From: Hemiscyllium ocellatum
Lineage: Eukaryota
DNA: 64,000 nt
Assembly: GCF_020745735.1 (NCBI RefSeq)
Contig: NW_026867529.1
Span: 1 to 64,000 of the forward strand
Direction of reading: 5' to 3'
Part shown: piece by piece, positions 22,949-36,777 of the stretch
Layout of the letters: each line of letters begins with the position of its first letter
Numbering within the stretch: the stretch's first letter is position 1
Notes under the pieces: generated by a model
The model's database searches: none
What the model was told of the DNA's origin: nothing
What the model saw: the letters and a program-made list of their open reading frames with translations, nothing else
Translations under genes and position numbers: made by a program

Positions 22949-25117
22949 AGAACATAGAACATAGAACAATACAGCACAGAACAGGCCCTTCGGCCCACGA
23001 TGTTGTGCCGAACATCTGTCCTAGTTTAAGCACCCATGCATGTACCTATCCAATTGCCGCTTAAAGGTCGCCAATGATTCTGACTCTACCACTCCTACGG
23101 GCAGCGCATTCCATGCCCCCACCACTCTCTGGGTAAAGAACCCACCCCTGACAACTCCCCTATACCTTCCACCCTTCACCTTAAATTTATGTCCCCTTGT
23201 AACACTCTGTTGTACCCGGGGGAAAAGTTTCTGACTGTCTACTCTATCTATTCCTCTGATCATCTTATAAACCTCTATCAAGTCACCCCTCATCCTTCGC
23301 CGTTCCAATAAGAAAAGGCCGAGAACTCTCAACCTATCCTCGTACGACCTATTCTCCATTCCAGGCAACATCCTGGTAAATCTTCTCTGCACCCTCTCCA
23401 AAGCTTCCACATCTTTCCTAAAGTGAGGCAACCAGAACTGCACACAGTACTCCAAATGTGGCCTAACCAAAGTCCTGTACAGCTGCAACATCACTTCACG
23501 ACTCTTGAATTCAATCCCTCTGCTAATGAACGCTAATACACCATATGCCTTCTTACAAGCTCTATCCACCTGAGTGGCAACTTTCAAAGATCTATGTACA
23601 TAGACCCCAAGATCCCTCTGTTCCTTCACCTGACTAAGAACCCTACCGTTAACCCTGTATTCCGCATTCTTATTTGTTCTTCCAAAATGGACAACCTCAC
23701 ACTTGGCAGGGTTGAACTCCACCTGCCACTCCTCAGCCCAGCTCTGCATCATATCTAAGTCCCTTTGCAGCCGACAACAGCCCTCCTCACTGTCCACAAC
23801 TCCACCATCCTCACTGTCCACAACTCCACCAATCTTCATATCATCTGCAAATTTACTGATTCCCTCATCCAAGTCATTAATAAAAATTACAAACAGCAGA
23901 GGACCCAGAACTGATCCCTGAAAAACTCCACTTGTAACTGGGCTCCAGGCTGAATATTTACCATCTACCACCACTCTCTGACTTCGACCGGGTTAGCCAG
24001 TTTTCTATCCAATTGGCCAAATTTCCCTCTATCCCATGCCTCCTGACTTTCCGCATAAGCCTACCATGGGGAAACTTATCAAATGCCTTACTAAAATCCA
24101 TGTACACTACATTCACTGCTCTACCCTCATCCACATGCTTGGTCACCTCCTCAAAGAATTCAATAAGACTTGTAAGGCAAGACCTACCCTTCACAAATCC
24201 ATGCTGGCTGTCCCTAATCAAGCAGTGTCTTTCCAGATACTCATAAATCCTATCCCTCAGTACCCTTTCCATTACTTTGCCTACCACAGAAGTAAGACTA
24301 ACTGGCCTGTAATTCCCGGGGTTATCCCTATTCCCTTTTTTGAACCGGGGCACAACATTCGCTACTCTCCAGTCCCCTGGTACCACCCCTGTTGACAGTG
24401 AAGACGAAAAGATCATTGCCAACGGTACTGCAATTTCCTCTCTTGCTTGCTACATAATCCTAGGATATATCTTGTCAGGCCCAGGGGACTTGTCTATCCT
24501 CAAGTTGTTCAAAATGTCCAACACATCTTCCTTCCTAACAAGTATCTCTTCTAGCTTACCAATCCATTTCACACTCTCCTCTTCAACAATACGGTCCCTC
24601 TCATTCGTAAATACTGAAGAAAAGTACTCATTCAAGACCTCTCCTATCTCTTCCGACTCAATACACAATCTCCCACTACTGTCCTTGATCGGACCTACCC
24701 TCGTTCTCGTCATTCTTATGTTTCTCACATACGCATAAAATGCCTTGGGGTTATCCTTGATCCTATCCGCCAAGGATTTTTCATGCCCTCTCTTAGCTCT
24801 CCTAATCCCTTTCTTCAGGTCCCTTCTGGCTATCCTGTATCCCTCCACTGCTCTGTCTGAACCCTGTTTCCTCAACCTTATGTAAGCCTCCTTCTTCCTC
24901 TTTACTAGACATTCAACCTCCCTTGTCAATCAAGGCTCCCTCACACGACCATTTCTTTCCTGCCTGATAGGTACATACATATCAAGGACACGTCGTATCT
25001 GCTCCTTGAAAAAGTTCCACATTTCCACCACATCCTTCCCTGACAGCCTATGCTCCCAACTTATGCTCCTCAAATCCTGTCTTACAGCATCGTAATTTCC
25101 CTTCCCCCAATTGTATT
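22949..25117 (-). mobile_element. 5'-truncated CR1 LINE ORF2 with frameshifts
   Basis: ORFs 24450-24929, 23958-24422 and 23021-23974 join into a CR1 RT (NYRPVSLTS, DFSKAFD, QGSVLGP, FADD); (CATAGAA)n tail. Confidence 0.95.
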
Positions 25118-25142
25118 CCCCCACAGGATCCATATCCCTCTA

Positions 25143-25890
25143 CAGTGGAACCTCGATTATCCAAAGTCCTTGGGCGAGCAGGTTTTCATTCAGGTAATTG
25201 ATCATTTGGTAAATTGATTTGACGTTAAACAATTGAAGCTGCATTGCCCATAATTGCATTAAAAAGCATGCTAACAGTGTGTTTATTTCATTTGATCGCT
25301 AAAATCTTCACAAACACTGCATATTGCTTAAAAATTCATGACATTTTACAACTCAGATCACTTTTTATGTACTTGTACAATTAAAAAAAATCATTGAGGT
25401 GGAGGCTATTTATTATTTCCAAAGAAATTATCCAGCGGCTGTTGTTTGAGGAAGTGCTGTCTCTTTTTTGTTTCCAAACAATAACATGTGACAAAGATGC
25501 ATCAATTTAACAGCATCAACTTCATCTTGTGTTTCATACCACTCCATGAAAAGTCGCAAACTGTCAATAGCTTCATTAACTGGAGGTGGTGCCGGTATCA
25601 GAATTTCCTTACTATTCACACCATTCATACAGTCCTGCTGTTCCTCTGTGACCACGTTGACTATTTGATCATCGGAGAATGTCTCTGTTTCAATTTCGTT
25701 GTCAGAGTTCACCCAAGCATCAATCTCTGTCTCTGCAAAGTCTCCTAAACCCAGGTGTCTGCAGTTTTCAGTGATTTCAGTGGTTATGCTTTGTTCTGAA
25801 CGGGTGTCCACTTCACTGGCACAGCTCCCAATACACAAGCTATTGTACCAACAGTCTGCAATTGTTGATGGCTTGATGCGGTCCCATCAA
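25143..25890 (-). mobile_element. Tigger/pogo-like DNA transposon 3' fragment
   Basis: TA followed by TIR-like CAGTGGAACCTCGATTATCC; WDRIKPSTIADCW-like DDE end and acidic tail (FSDDQIV...EAIDSL) in ORF 25428-25838. Confidence 0.7.
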
Positions 25891-26029
25891 TACTCTCCTG
25901 ATGTTCTCTCTCTCTCCTCTCTTCTGAACCTTGCTCTTTTGTCTTTTAGTTAGAGGAGGAAGGGGGCTGACCATTCCTTAACACCAGGTTGGTCCACGAT
26001 GCTCTGCAAAGTCCACTCCCAAAATAGTT

Positions 26030-26330
26030 TTTTTAATTTCAAAAATAAATTTATTCATAAGAAATCTCATAATGTCTTTATAAATACATTGGCACAAGTG
26101 CGGTTCAGTTCTATACAGTTGCATATCAAATAAGCAAACACAACATTGGACTTTGACCTGTCCAAATACCCAAAGACTTCTCTTATATATGCAATACTAA
26201 TAGTTACATAAATGAGGCAGTTTCTCAAATATATCTACCTATTAGTATTTGCACACAAGAGTGGATTTTGCTTCCGTTTTTTGGCAGAATCCAAGTCCAA
26301 TGTTTTGTTTGTTTATTTGATGTGACACCG
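26030..26330 (-). mobile_element. Short poly(A)-tailed LINE 3' fragment
   Basis: T7 run with a nearby poly(A)-signal-like motif; similar AGTCCACTYCCARAAT sequences on both sides suggest a TSD. Confidence 0.4.
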
Positions 26331-26504
26331 TACAGTCCACTTCCAGAATGCAAATGAGAAATGTCTCAGCTCCTCCAGTTAGATGCACTTCCTCCTGCTG
26401 GTCACCTGGGGTGGTCTTCCACGATGCTCTCCACATCCATGCTGATTGTGAAGTCCACTCTCAGAATGCAAATAAGTGATGTCTCCACACACTTAGATTG
26501 AACA

Positions 26505-28950
26505 TAGAACATTATGGTGCAGTACTGGCCCTTCGGCCCTTGATGTTGCACTGACCTGTGGAACTAATCTGAAGTCCATCTATCCTGCACTATTCCACTT
26601 TCATCCAGATGGTTATCCAATGCCCATTCTAATGCCCTAAAGGTTGGCAAGTCTACTCCTATTGCAAGCAGTGTGTTTTACACCCCTACTCCTCTCTGAG
26701 TAAAGAAACTATCTCAGACATCTGTCCTATATCTATCACCCCCAATTTAAAGCTATTTCCCTTGTGCCAGCCATCACTATCTGAGAAGAAAAACTCTCAC
26801 TGTACACTCTATCTAACCCTCTGATTATCTTGTATGTCTCAATTAAGTCACCTCTCAACCTTCTCGCTAATGAAAACAGCTCAAGTACTTCAGCCTTTCC
26901 TCTTAAGACCTTCCCTCCATAACAAGCAACATCCTAGCAAAGTTTCTCTGCATCCTTTCCAAAATTCCCACGTCCTTCCTATAATGCGGTGACCAGAACT
27001 GTAAGTAATACTCGAAGTGCAGCCGCACTAGAGTTTTGTACCGCTGCAGCACAACCTCATGACTCTGAAACTCCATCCCTCTACCAATTAAAGCTAACAC
27101 ACTGAGTGCCAACTTAACAACCCTATCAACCTGGGTGCCAACTTTCAGGGATCCATGTACATGGACACCGAGATCTATCTGCTCAGCTACACTACCAAGA
27201 ATCTTACCATTAGCCCAGTACTCTGTTTTCCTGTTGTTCCTTCCAAAGTGAATCACCTCACGTTTTTGCATTAAGCTCAATATGCCACCTCAGCCCAGCT
27301 CTGCAGCTTACGTATGTCCCTCTGTAACCTGCAACATCCTTTGGCACTGTCCACAACTCCATTGACCTTAGTGTCATCCATAAATTTACTAACCTATCCT
27401 TCTACACCTTCATCTAGGTCATTTATAAAAGCGACAAACAGCAGTGGCGGCAAAACAGATCCTTGCATTATAACACTGGTAATTGAACTCCAGGATGAAC
27501 CTTTCCCATCAACCAACACCTTTCAGCTAGTCAATTTTCAGTCTTTCAGCTCGCCAATTTCTGATACAAACCATTAAATTTCCCTCGATTCCGTGCCTCG
27601 CTATTTTCTGCAATAGCATACCATGAGGATCCGTATCAAACGCCTTACTGAAAACCACATCAACCAACTTACCCTGATCCATCTGTTTGGTCACCATCTT
27701 AAAGCACTCAAGAAGATTTGTGAGCACAATCTCCCCTTCACAAACCGTGTTGACTACCCCTAATCAACTTATATCTCTAGGTAATTATAAATCCTTTCTC
27801 TTCTGACTTTTTCCGACACTTTACCCACAACTGAAGTAAGGCTGACTGATCTATAATTACCGGGGTTGACTCTATTCCCCTTCTTGAACAAGAGGGAGTT
27901 GTCCTCCAGTCTTCTGGCACTATTCCTGTAGACAATGACAACACAAAGATCAAAGCCAAAGGCTCTGCAATCTCCTCTCTGCCTTCCCAGAGAATCCTGG
28001 AATAAATCCCATCTGACCGAGGTGACTTATCTATTTTCACACTTTCCAAAATTGCTCACACCTCCTCTTTGTGAACTGAATTCCATCTCGTAGCCTGTTT
28101 CTCAGTATTCTCCTTGACAATATTGTCTTTTTCCAGTGTGAATACTGATGAGAAATATTCATTTAGCAATTCCCCTACCTCTTCAAACTCCACCCACAAC
28201 TTCCAACTCCGGTTCTTGATTGGCCTTAATCTTTCTCCAGTCATTCTTTTATTCCTGATATACCCAGAGAACGCTTTAGAGGACACTGGTGGTTCTTAGC
28301 CTTCTCTTTAGGTCTTTTCTGGCTGACTTGTAAATCTAAAGTGCCCTAAAGTGTCTCATCCTAATAGAAGCCTTTTTCTTCTTCTTGACAAGAGATTCAA
28401 CCTTTTTAGAAAACTATAGCTCTATCGCTCGACAATTTCCTCCCTGCCTGACAGGCACATGCTTATCAAGGACACACAGTAGCTGTTCCTTGAAATAGCT
28501 TCACATTTCAACTGTGCCCAACCCCTGCAGTTTCCTTCCCTATCCTATGCATCCTAAATCTTGCCTAGTCGCATCATAATTGCCTGTCCTCCAGCAATAA
28601 CTCTTACACTGCCGCATATACCTATCCCTTTCCATCACTAAAGTAAACATAACTCGAATTGTGGTCACTGTCACCAAAGTGCTCACCTACCTCCAAATCT
28701 AATACCTGGCTGGGTTCCTTACCCAGTACCAAATCCAATGTCGTCTCGCCCCTTGTTGGCTTGTCTACATACTGTGTCAGGAAACCATCCTGTATACATT
28801 GGACAAAAACGGACCCATCTAAAGTACTCGAGCTATTGTATTTCCAGTCAATATTTTTAAAGTTAAAATCCCCCGTAACAACAATCTTGTTACTCTTGCT
28901 GCTATCCAGAATTATCGTTGGTATCCTTTCCTCTACATCACTGGAGGCCT
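26505..28950 (-). mobile_element. Decayed CR1 LINE (endonuclease to 3' UTR)
   Basis: GDFNF and LDLVLGKEPSQVLDLEVGEHFGDSDH endonuclease motifs near 28660-28870, DKSP, FSKAFD and a 3' tail near 26505. Confidence 0.88.
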
Positions 28951-29104
28951 AGAGAAAACTCCCAACAGAGTGTCTTTTCCTTTATTGTTGCTTACCTCAG
29001 CTCGTGCTACCTCAGTAGTTGAGTCCTCAAATGTCCTTTCTGCCACCATCCTTGACTAAGTGCATATCTCTCCCTCTTTTAGCATCTTCACAGTTGCATG
29101 TGAG

Positions 29105-29605
29105 TAGTTTTGGACCCAATATTTAAGGAAAGCTATTATTTCATTGGAGGCAGTTCCAGAACATTGATGTGGGTGATCCCTGATCAAGAGGAAAAGGCTA
29201 AACAGGCTGAGAATTTAGAAGAATGCGATATGATCTCATTGCAACATATAGGGTTCTTAAGGGACTTGACAGGGTAAATGCTGAGAGGATATTATCCCTC
29301 ACGGGAGAGTCGAGGACCAGAGGGAATGGTCTCATAATGAAGGGTTGACAATTTAAGACTGAGATGCAGAGGAATTCGTTCCTAGTTTTGAGAGTCTTTG
29401 GAACTCCTCATTACATAGAGCTGTGGGAGTAACGTCCCTGTCTATATTTAAAGCTGAGATCAATTCTTGAGCAGCAGGAGAATTGAGGTAATAAGAAAAT
29501 ACAGAAAAGTAAATAGTGTGGAATGTCGTGTCAGCAATGATCCTAATGAACGATGGAGCAGACTTAATGAGCCAAATGGTCTGTTCCTATTCCTATTTCT
29601 TATGG
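29105..29605 (+). mobile_element. Old CR1 3' remnant
   Basis: Degenerate RGDLI / TRGH / FKTE segments and tail. Confidence 0.55.
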
Positions 29606-32600
29606 TTTAGGACCTTGAGCTATAATTAACCTATATCATGTTCTCCTTTCCCACAACATCACTCACATTTTCCATTGCTGTGACCTCAGGCACATTAGTC
29701 GAAAGTGGATGCAAGGAGAACATCTACAGAAGTCTGTGCCTGGCATTAGGAACCTATTGGAAGTAGATTGTTCCTATTGGACACTGGCCTATGTTATATC
29801 TCAGCAGGGGCCAAGTAGCTGGTGTCATGGAAGTTAAATTGACTCGACTCAAATGCTAGCAAGAGCATAGACAAAGCTTTATTGTAACCTCTACAGGGGG
29901 CTAATAGATTTGGCAAAAATGTCTTATATAAGGGCCCTGAACAAGTTTCGCATATTCTCTTTATACTATTTTTTGCTTATTCTTATCACAAGCTCAAGCA
30001 CAAGGGTTGGGAACATTCAAGCTTCTTCCTGCCCACCCCCCATTCTTCACTCCCTCCAAAATCATTGCCATGGGTCTCCAGTGTCTGGTGACATTTGATG
30101 AAATATGCCTACATATTTGAAGAAATATGGTTACGGATTAGGACCGGCTCCTGGTCTCCTTGCCTTGGTCTATCTCCCATACAATGTCGCTATTGAATGC
30201 TTTGCACTTTTTATAATTTAAGTTGGCCAGAGGTCATGTGTATCCACGGAGTCAGGCACATTCCCTAGTAATAGGTATTTGTTTGAATCAAGCTTATAAA
30301 GTGTTTTCATGGCAAATTCAATACAGGCAGCATCACATCCACACCGTTTCACTGATGTCATCAATTAACAGAAGTCTAAATACTGAAGTGATTACACTGC
30401 TCTGGGTCAGAGACCTGTAATTATTCCTGGGTTTATTATGGTCAGATCTTTCAGTAAACTGCAAATGGATGAAGGAGCAGGAAAGGAAAAGGAATAAAAT
30501 TCTCTTTTCAACAAAACAGCCAATACTGACTAATATGACATGAACCTTCAGTAAATTTGAATAATGAGAAATTACTATGTTCGGATTCTGAATCAAACAT
30601 TGAGTTACAAATTGTGCTTGTAAGGGTTAAATTAGCAATCGTGTATAAAGACCTTGAGTTTCTTGTTCCGAGATAAGGAAGTTAAACTTGAATCCTTGCA
30701 TTTGCGATGTTTTCCCTCTGTCCCAGTGCAGACAAGTCTTTATTTGACCTATTTACTCCCCACCCACCAGCTCCTGCCCTCTCAGCCAAACCTCTCGATG
30801 TTGATAAGAAGTGCCAAATATTAACTTTGTGATCATGCACATATTTAAAATGATTTAACTGGTACTTTATGACCAGTTGCGGCTGTGAAAATGTTGACAC
30901 CTCACACTGTGAATTAAGTGGAAATCTAAGTTTGTCAGAAACTAAAGGGAACACATTGGCAAGTAAGTTTGGTCTAATATCAGATTAAATCTGCTATATT
31001 AGGGATCCAATAATGAGAAAGGGAAGTGCTGGCAGTTGTTGTCAGATTATGTCAGGATTGCCTCACGAAGGCATCCCACGGCAGCGTGGTGAACACAAAC
31101 ACAGATGAGAACAATTACAGAAAACAACTGCTTGACTGGTTCAGAAATGCTTGGCTTATTTTGAGAGACCAATCTTAAATCAGCATAAACATCCAAAGTT
31201 TTTCAATGGTCCGTTGAATTTTGCCTGTCTTTCAGTATAAAGGTCTTGCATAGCCCAGAAATGGCTTTAAACAAGGATGACGTACTCTGACATACTGAAG
31301 AAATGGTTTTCTCTTTCTTTCGCTCTGTGCTGTCTCTTCCACACCCCAACCCCTGCATTCCCTCATTGTGGTGTACTGTAGACATCCTGTGGAAGTCAAA
31401 AGAATCCCATACCAACTCGACCAAGATGGTTCATGATGCATCTTGAAAACAAATAAAATCCCAGCAGCATTTTTTAGATCATAGGACAGCATTGTCAACA
31501 CACTCCAGGGGGATGGGTGGTGAAGACAGCAATAACTAGTTACATTAGCAAGATTACAAGACTGGGATACAAGGTATACTGCTTTGTCATTACCCCCTCA
31601 TTAACTACACCATTGCAAGGCTAAAATCGGGAGCATTGGAATCCTCACTGCTCACCTGGTGATTTGTTTAATTGCAACAATAGTCAAGAAGCTCAATATG
31701 TCAAAGAGAGAGCAGTTTGATTGACTGGCAAAAGAACTAACGTACCTAATTTCCACTCCCTTCACCATCACTGAGCTACAATGTTGGGCCACCTAGCACT
31801 TACACTGTACGGAATGAACTGCAGCAACTCATTAGACTTACACTGAAAGGACCTTTCCTGTCTATAATCTCTATTTCTGAACAGAACAATAATCAGCTAA
31901 AGGTCTATTCCACCTGATTCTGACTTTGCATGGATATCTCTGTTCTTTTATTATCACTATGGCAAAATAATGCGATTTATTAAAATTGCAGTCATTGACT
32001 AACTTAGGAAAACTAGTCGACCAGGCTTGGAATATTGAATCTCAAGTCTGTGATTTCTTTTTTTGTTAAATTGCTTTGGACTTAATTCTGAATAAGTTTA
32101 CTGATGTTAAATGAGTTAATTTGTGCTCTTTGATGAATTGCAGTTCTGGAAACATTGTCAGTGCAAACAGTGAGGAAAATGGGAATGCAGATTCTCCTGG
32201 ATCAAGTGAAGTAATTGCAAAGTAAGCTTAGTTGCATGCATGACTAAGTTAGTCATTATATCAGAATATGACAAACCATTAGGAAATAACTGGTGAGCTG
32301 GTAGTTTATGCAATGTTATACAACGATCAATGGTAACAACTCGGAGGCAATGATTTGATCAGCTCTCAAAGAGGAACTTGCCTATGTTCACTCCCAAGTC
32401 CTTTTACCATGTGATACTGCAAAACCTCTCCTTATGAAAATTGTAGATTCCTTTTGAAGACCTCAGTTGAAGCTGCCTCCACCACTAAACTATCAGGCAG
32501 AACATTCCAGTTTCCGAGCAATGCTGTTTTTAAGAACAGTTTTCCTTGTAACCGTTGTTTTCTTTTTTTTTTGCTGATCAAGTTAAATCCACTGATCCTT

Positions 32601-33671
32601 TTCTTCTCAAGCCTTTTTAAAATATAATCCGCACAGTATGGAAACAGGCCACTTGGCCCAACAAATCCACACCAACCCTCCAATCCAAATGCATTCTCCT
32701 ACTCTTTTACGCTGCTCTATCCAAATCCCTCATGATTTTGAATACTCTTAAAATGAATTCTTCATCTTCTGTTCTCAAACTATTCACATAGTTCTCCAGT
32801 TGCTCATCTCTGGTACCATTTTTGTGTACCTTTTGTGCACCTTCTCAAATCCCTTCCTGAAGCGTGCTGCATAAATACTAGACATGAGGGAAAAGCATGT
32901 TTATAACTATTTATCATAATTTCCTTCTTTTGCATGCCACTGTCTTATTTATAATGTTCAGAATACTAATGATATCTTCAATCTGCAATCTGAGGAAGTT
33001 GACAATTTAAGTTCACGAGAAAAGAAAGTGACAGTCAAAAAGTAAGTTTGATCCAATGTATGAACATGTTATGCTTCAAAATGTGTTCAGTCTCTTTCTG
33101 AACCTGTGCCACCCTTCAAAGGTTAAGTCCATAGGATGTTGCTTGATTGGAACAGCATTTCCTCAATCAATATTATGTGCAGTGAGATTAGTAATTCCCA
33201 GGTTATTCCCACATATCTCCCTATGTTAATTGTTATTAGGTCAATTAATAGGGATAACTATATGCTGTTCTATGAGCCTCATAGAAATCCCATTTAATGC
33301 TGGCCTGGACAAGACTGGTAAACTTAAACTTGTGCTTATAGAGAAAGGACTGAGATCTTAACTGGCTCATTATCATCTAATGTATTGAGTTTAAACTTAT
33401 GTCTATATCTAAATTCTTCAAGGCCTTGATCCATGCTGTCTCTTGTACCCCTTATATACACACTCTGTTCTTTGGTTCTCCGATTGCTTTTGTCTATGAG
33501 TATGGTCAAGCCCCCTTAATTAGCTGTACTTTACTGTTAAACTTCCTTACATGCCCTCTGGTACTCATTCTCACTTTGAAAGCTTGCTTAAAAGCCGGTT
33601 TCATGTCATTGGTCCTAACTCTTCTGATACATGCCAACAACCTTCTCCTGTTTGGCGTTCGGTGCATCCTT

Positions 33672-34445
33672 TTCCAGTTTGGAAGGTCAAACCCGAATGC
33701 TGAATATAGGGTTAAAGGCAGGATTCTTGGCAGTGTGGAGGAACAGAGGGATCTGGGTGTGCAAGTACATAGATCCCTCAAAGTTGCCACCCAAGTAGAT
33801 AGGGTTGTTAAGAAAGCAGATGGTGTTTAGACTTTCATTTACAAGGGAATTGAGTTTGAAAGCAGTGAGGTTTTGCTACAGCTCTACAAGTCCCTGGTGA
33901 GACCACACCTGGAATATTGTGTCCAGTTCTGGTCGCCCTGCTATAAGAAATAGATAGAGGCTTTGGAGAGGGTGCAAAGAAGGTTTACCAGGATGCTGCC
34001 TGGACTGGAGGGCTTGCCTTATGAAGAAAGGTTGAATAAGCTCAGACTTTTCTCTCTGGAGAGAGGGAGGAAGAGAGGAGACCTGATTGAGGTATACAAA
34101 ATAATGAGAGGAATAGATAAAATCAAAAGCTAGAGAATTTTCCCCAGGGCAGGATTGACTGTTACGAGGGGGTCATAGTTTTAAGATATAAGGAGAAAGG
34201 TATAGAGGAGACGTTAGAGGTGGGTTCTTTATGCAGAGTGTTGTGAATGCATGGAAGGCTTTGCCAGCAGTGGTGGTGGAAGCAGAGTCATTAGGGACAT
34301 TTAAGTGACTGCTGGACATGCAAATGTTTGGCAGTGAGTTGAGAGGTGTGTGGGTTGTTATTATATTTTACATTAGGATTAGACCTCGGCACACTGTCGT
34401 GGGCCAAAGGGCCTGTTCTGTGCTGTGTTTTTCTATGTTCTATGT
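33672..34445 (+). mobile_element. CR1 3' fragment
   Basis: EQRDLGVQVHRSLKVATQVD through a (TTCTATG)n tail. Confidence 0.88.
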
Positions 34446-36777
34446 TAAAGCATCTCATAAATGTGAGTATTAATATCCACATTGGTAGATTTAACTGATT
34501 CTAATTGGAATGTATCTGCCAAACCTTTAGCAAAACCGAATCAGCAAACAGCTTCAGACTGTGCACACGTCCAACACAAAACATTGCTGCTCCTCATTCA
34601 CTTTTCAAATGCACTGCTCCATTCCAAATAGTGGACCACCCATTCCCATTCATAGACATTTGTTTCTGATGGATGGAAGTGGTTGTTTCTGTACTTCTGC
34701 CATTTTTATTGAACTCATCTCAAGTTACACTTTAGAATTTGACGGTCAGGCCAAGACTGTTTGTGTTAAGCTTTATCAATTTTGACCAGGTTGCCAGCTC
34801 TTCATGTTCTTGAATATTGGAATGGGACTGGGTTCTATCAGCCCTCTAGGGACAGGCTGCAAGGTCATTAGGTGGATAATAGGGTGGAAGATGATAAGGG
34901 AAGGAAGGAGTTTCCACCTCCGTAGTATTTTATTGATCCCAAATTCGGGAAAGGATGACCACTCAGGTGGCCAATGCAGAGTCTGTTCCTGACAATGCTG
35001 GCAGTTTCTTAGCAGTAAGGTCCTCCATTGTGTGGGAGACCTCCTCCTGCATCCTAGTGACACACCTGGAGGATGTCCCTCCTAATGTAGTACCTTATGG
35101 CTCACAACAGGGTATCCCATCTGCACACTGGAACAGTCCCCTGTCCGTGGTGGCGATCACTACGGGAACTGGAAATCAGAGTTAGTGAGTGAAAGAAGCC
35201 GTGAGGGCTAGAGTGTTCACAACATTCCCAGGACCAGGTTGGCAGCTCCTACTGAGGCCATTAATAAGTCATTGAGATCCCCCAATTGGTGCATGGACGA
35301 TGGGTTACTTCTACTCCTAGTAAGAGTACTGTGATTACTGCTTTTTCAGTGCTATCAAGTAAATAGTGAAGTGGGGCCATGTGATAAAATCATTTACATT
35401 CAGTGCTGGATACTTGAGACTCTTTTGTGAGAAACTTTATAATTCTTCTAAATGTTCTTCATGCACTTTTTGTTTCATACAATGGTGATGTTCTACATAG
35501 GATTACAGAGGAAAAACAGACCATTTTGCGCAATCAGTTTATGCCAGTGTGTATGTTCTACTCAAGGTGTTTCACATCTTTCCTCATCTAAATCGCTCGT
35601 TGTAATTCTCTATTCCCATCCCTTCCAAGTGCTCCCCTAGTTTCCTTGAAATACATCTAAACTATTGATTTCAACTATTCCGTCTGGCCACATATTCCCA
35701 TTCTCATCATTTCTTCTGAATTCCCTTTTGGACTTCTTGAGGTACCGTCTTATATTGACAGCCTCGAGTTATATTCTATCCCACAGTGAAATGTTTTCTC
35801 TGTACCTTCTCTTTTCAAAACCTTTCTTAATTTTAGAACTGTCATCCTTCTTTTCAAGAGAGAAGTGAACAGCACAACAATTCTTCCTTGATATGCACAG
35901 CCAGAAACTTGTGTAGCATTCTCATAAATCATCTCTTCACTCTCTCTCATACATTCTATAATATGTCAACTCGAACTGCAGGCAATACTCTGAATTATAG
36001 TCAACCAAATTTTTATAGTGACCCGACTTTCAAATCTATCCCTTTAGAGATAAAACTTAGAGCTTTGTTTGCATTTTTATGGCCTTTGGAACCTGTGGTG
36101 AAATTGTTAGTGATTGATGTAATTGTCTGAAATCCCTTTGTTTGTCTCCCTCACTTAGACGTGCATCTTTGAATAAGTGACCTGCACATTATTCCTACCA
36201 AGATGTAACACCTTACGTTTATCTGTGTGGATCTTCATTTGCTAATTATTTGAACATACCATCAATTAATTAATGATCTCTTGCAACTTCTTGTAGTCCT
36301 CAGAATTGGCTACATTTCAACATTCCTTTCCAATCTGGTGTCATTGAATTGCTAATTTTTTTGTCGTAATTAGACGCAACATTTAATTTGCAGTTTTACT
36401 TTATTTTGTTTTGAATATTTAGAGAGGTGCAGTAATCCACACGTTAACTATAACAACTAAATATAGAATGACAGATAGATGAAAATTATTACAAACACAG
36501 GACTAATTAATAGACTCTATTAACTTCACGGTCAAAACAGGGAATTATTTTTTACACGAATGATATGGTGAGATGATCCGTAGTGCAATAACTTTTTGAC
36601 CTTTTTTTGTTGCAGTTTATTTCCCAGGTCTTTCTGTGCTACTGATTTAAAATTGTAAAGGCACCCATCCTCCATTTTAAACTAAATGATAATTTAAAAA
36701 AAACAACATTTATATTAAATGCAACATGATTTATGAAGCCAATCCTCGAGGCTTACACATATTCACAGCCATGTATA

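Noticed and set aside
26348-26473. Two ATGCAAAT octamers as an IgH 3' enhancer
   Set aside because: They lie in locally duplicated repeat-junction sequence, and several octamers are expected by chance in 64 kb of AT-rich DNA.
33399-33830. 143-aa ORF as a gene
   Set aside because: The 3' half is CR1 RT sequence; the 5' half looks like another repeat fragment that I could not assign.
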